From: Clostridia bacterium
GTDB taxonomy: Bacteria > Bacillota > Clostridia > Christensenellales > Borkfalkiaceae
NCBI GenBank assembly: GCA_017501125.1
Contig: JAFVXN010000131.1
Location: 1 to 33,926, forward strand
DNA length: 33,926 nucleotides
Direction of reading: 5' to 3'
Part shown: one piece after another, positions 33,873-33,926 of the stretch
How positions within the stretch are numbered: the first letter of the stretch is position 1
How the letters are laid out: every line of letters starts with the position of its first letter
The notes under the pieces: generated by a model
The model's database searches: none
Told to the model about the DNA's origin: nothing
The model's input: only the letters and a program-made list of their open reading frames with translations
Program-made: the position numbers and the translations under genes

Positions 33873-33926
33873 GGAGAGTTATCGAAGCGGTCATAACGAG
33901 GCGGTCTTGAAAACCGTTTGGGGATC
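33873..33926 (+). tRNA. tRNA-Ser (anticodon UGA), 5' 54 nt; truncated by the window end
   Basis: GGAGAGT acceptor arm, 3-bp D stem TCG/CGA with a long D loop (class II tRNA), and anticodon arm GCGGT-CTTGAAA-ACCGT with UGA at positions 34-36. GGTCTTGAAAACC matches bacterial tRNA-Ser(UGA). Confidence 0.8.

Noticed and set aside
1-33926. Search for a protein-encoded defence, mobile or secondary-metabolite system
   Set aside because: Every sizeable ORF is housekeeping, redox or membrane related. I saw no integrase, transposase, nuclease-helicase defence pair, toxin-antitoxin, reverse transcriptase, cas gene or biosynthetic gene.

Overview
This window is a core chromosomal segment of a Bacillota (Clostridia-like) genome. 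About 31 protein genes are packed tightly, almost all on the + strand. From left to right: glyQS (- strand, truncated at the window edge), then fhs, glnS, a multi-pass membrane protein and an LMW phosphatase. Next comes an anaerobe oxidative-stress cluster: a ferritin-like protein, a nitroreductase, a superoxide reductase and a flavin-reductase/rubredoxin fusion. Then rpsU, a hypothetical protein, pcrA and ligA. After that is the deeply conserved Firmicute 'ylo' block: yicC, gmk, rpoZ, priA, def, fmt, rsmB, rlmN, rpe, rpmB (- strand), asp23, yloV and recG. The window ends with minD, a minE-like gene, a convergent pair on the - strand (membrane protein and PlsC-type acyltransferase), a DUF1846 protein, and the 5' part of tRNA-Ser(UGA) at the right edge. 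I found no transposase, integrase, CRISPR array, restriction-modification, toxin-antitoxin or recognisable defence genes. The best candidate for something undescribed is non-coding: a family of 85-125 nt intergenic repeats, at least 7 units at 5 loci plus one degenerate copy. Every unit is sense-oriented to its flanking genes. All units fold into the same stacked hairpin, and the stems are preserved by compensatory base changes while their sequences differ. Secondary observations are a roughly 104-codon Gly/Tyr-rich insert in PcrA, a probably leaderless pcrA, clean losses from the ylo synteny block, a duplicated 5' fragment of tRNA-Ser, and minD/minE without minC. All calls come from reading the sequence and ORF translations by eye. 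No searches or folding programs were run.
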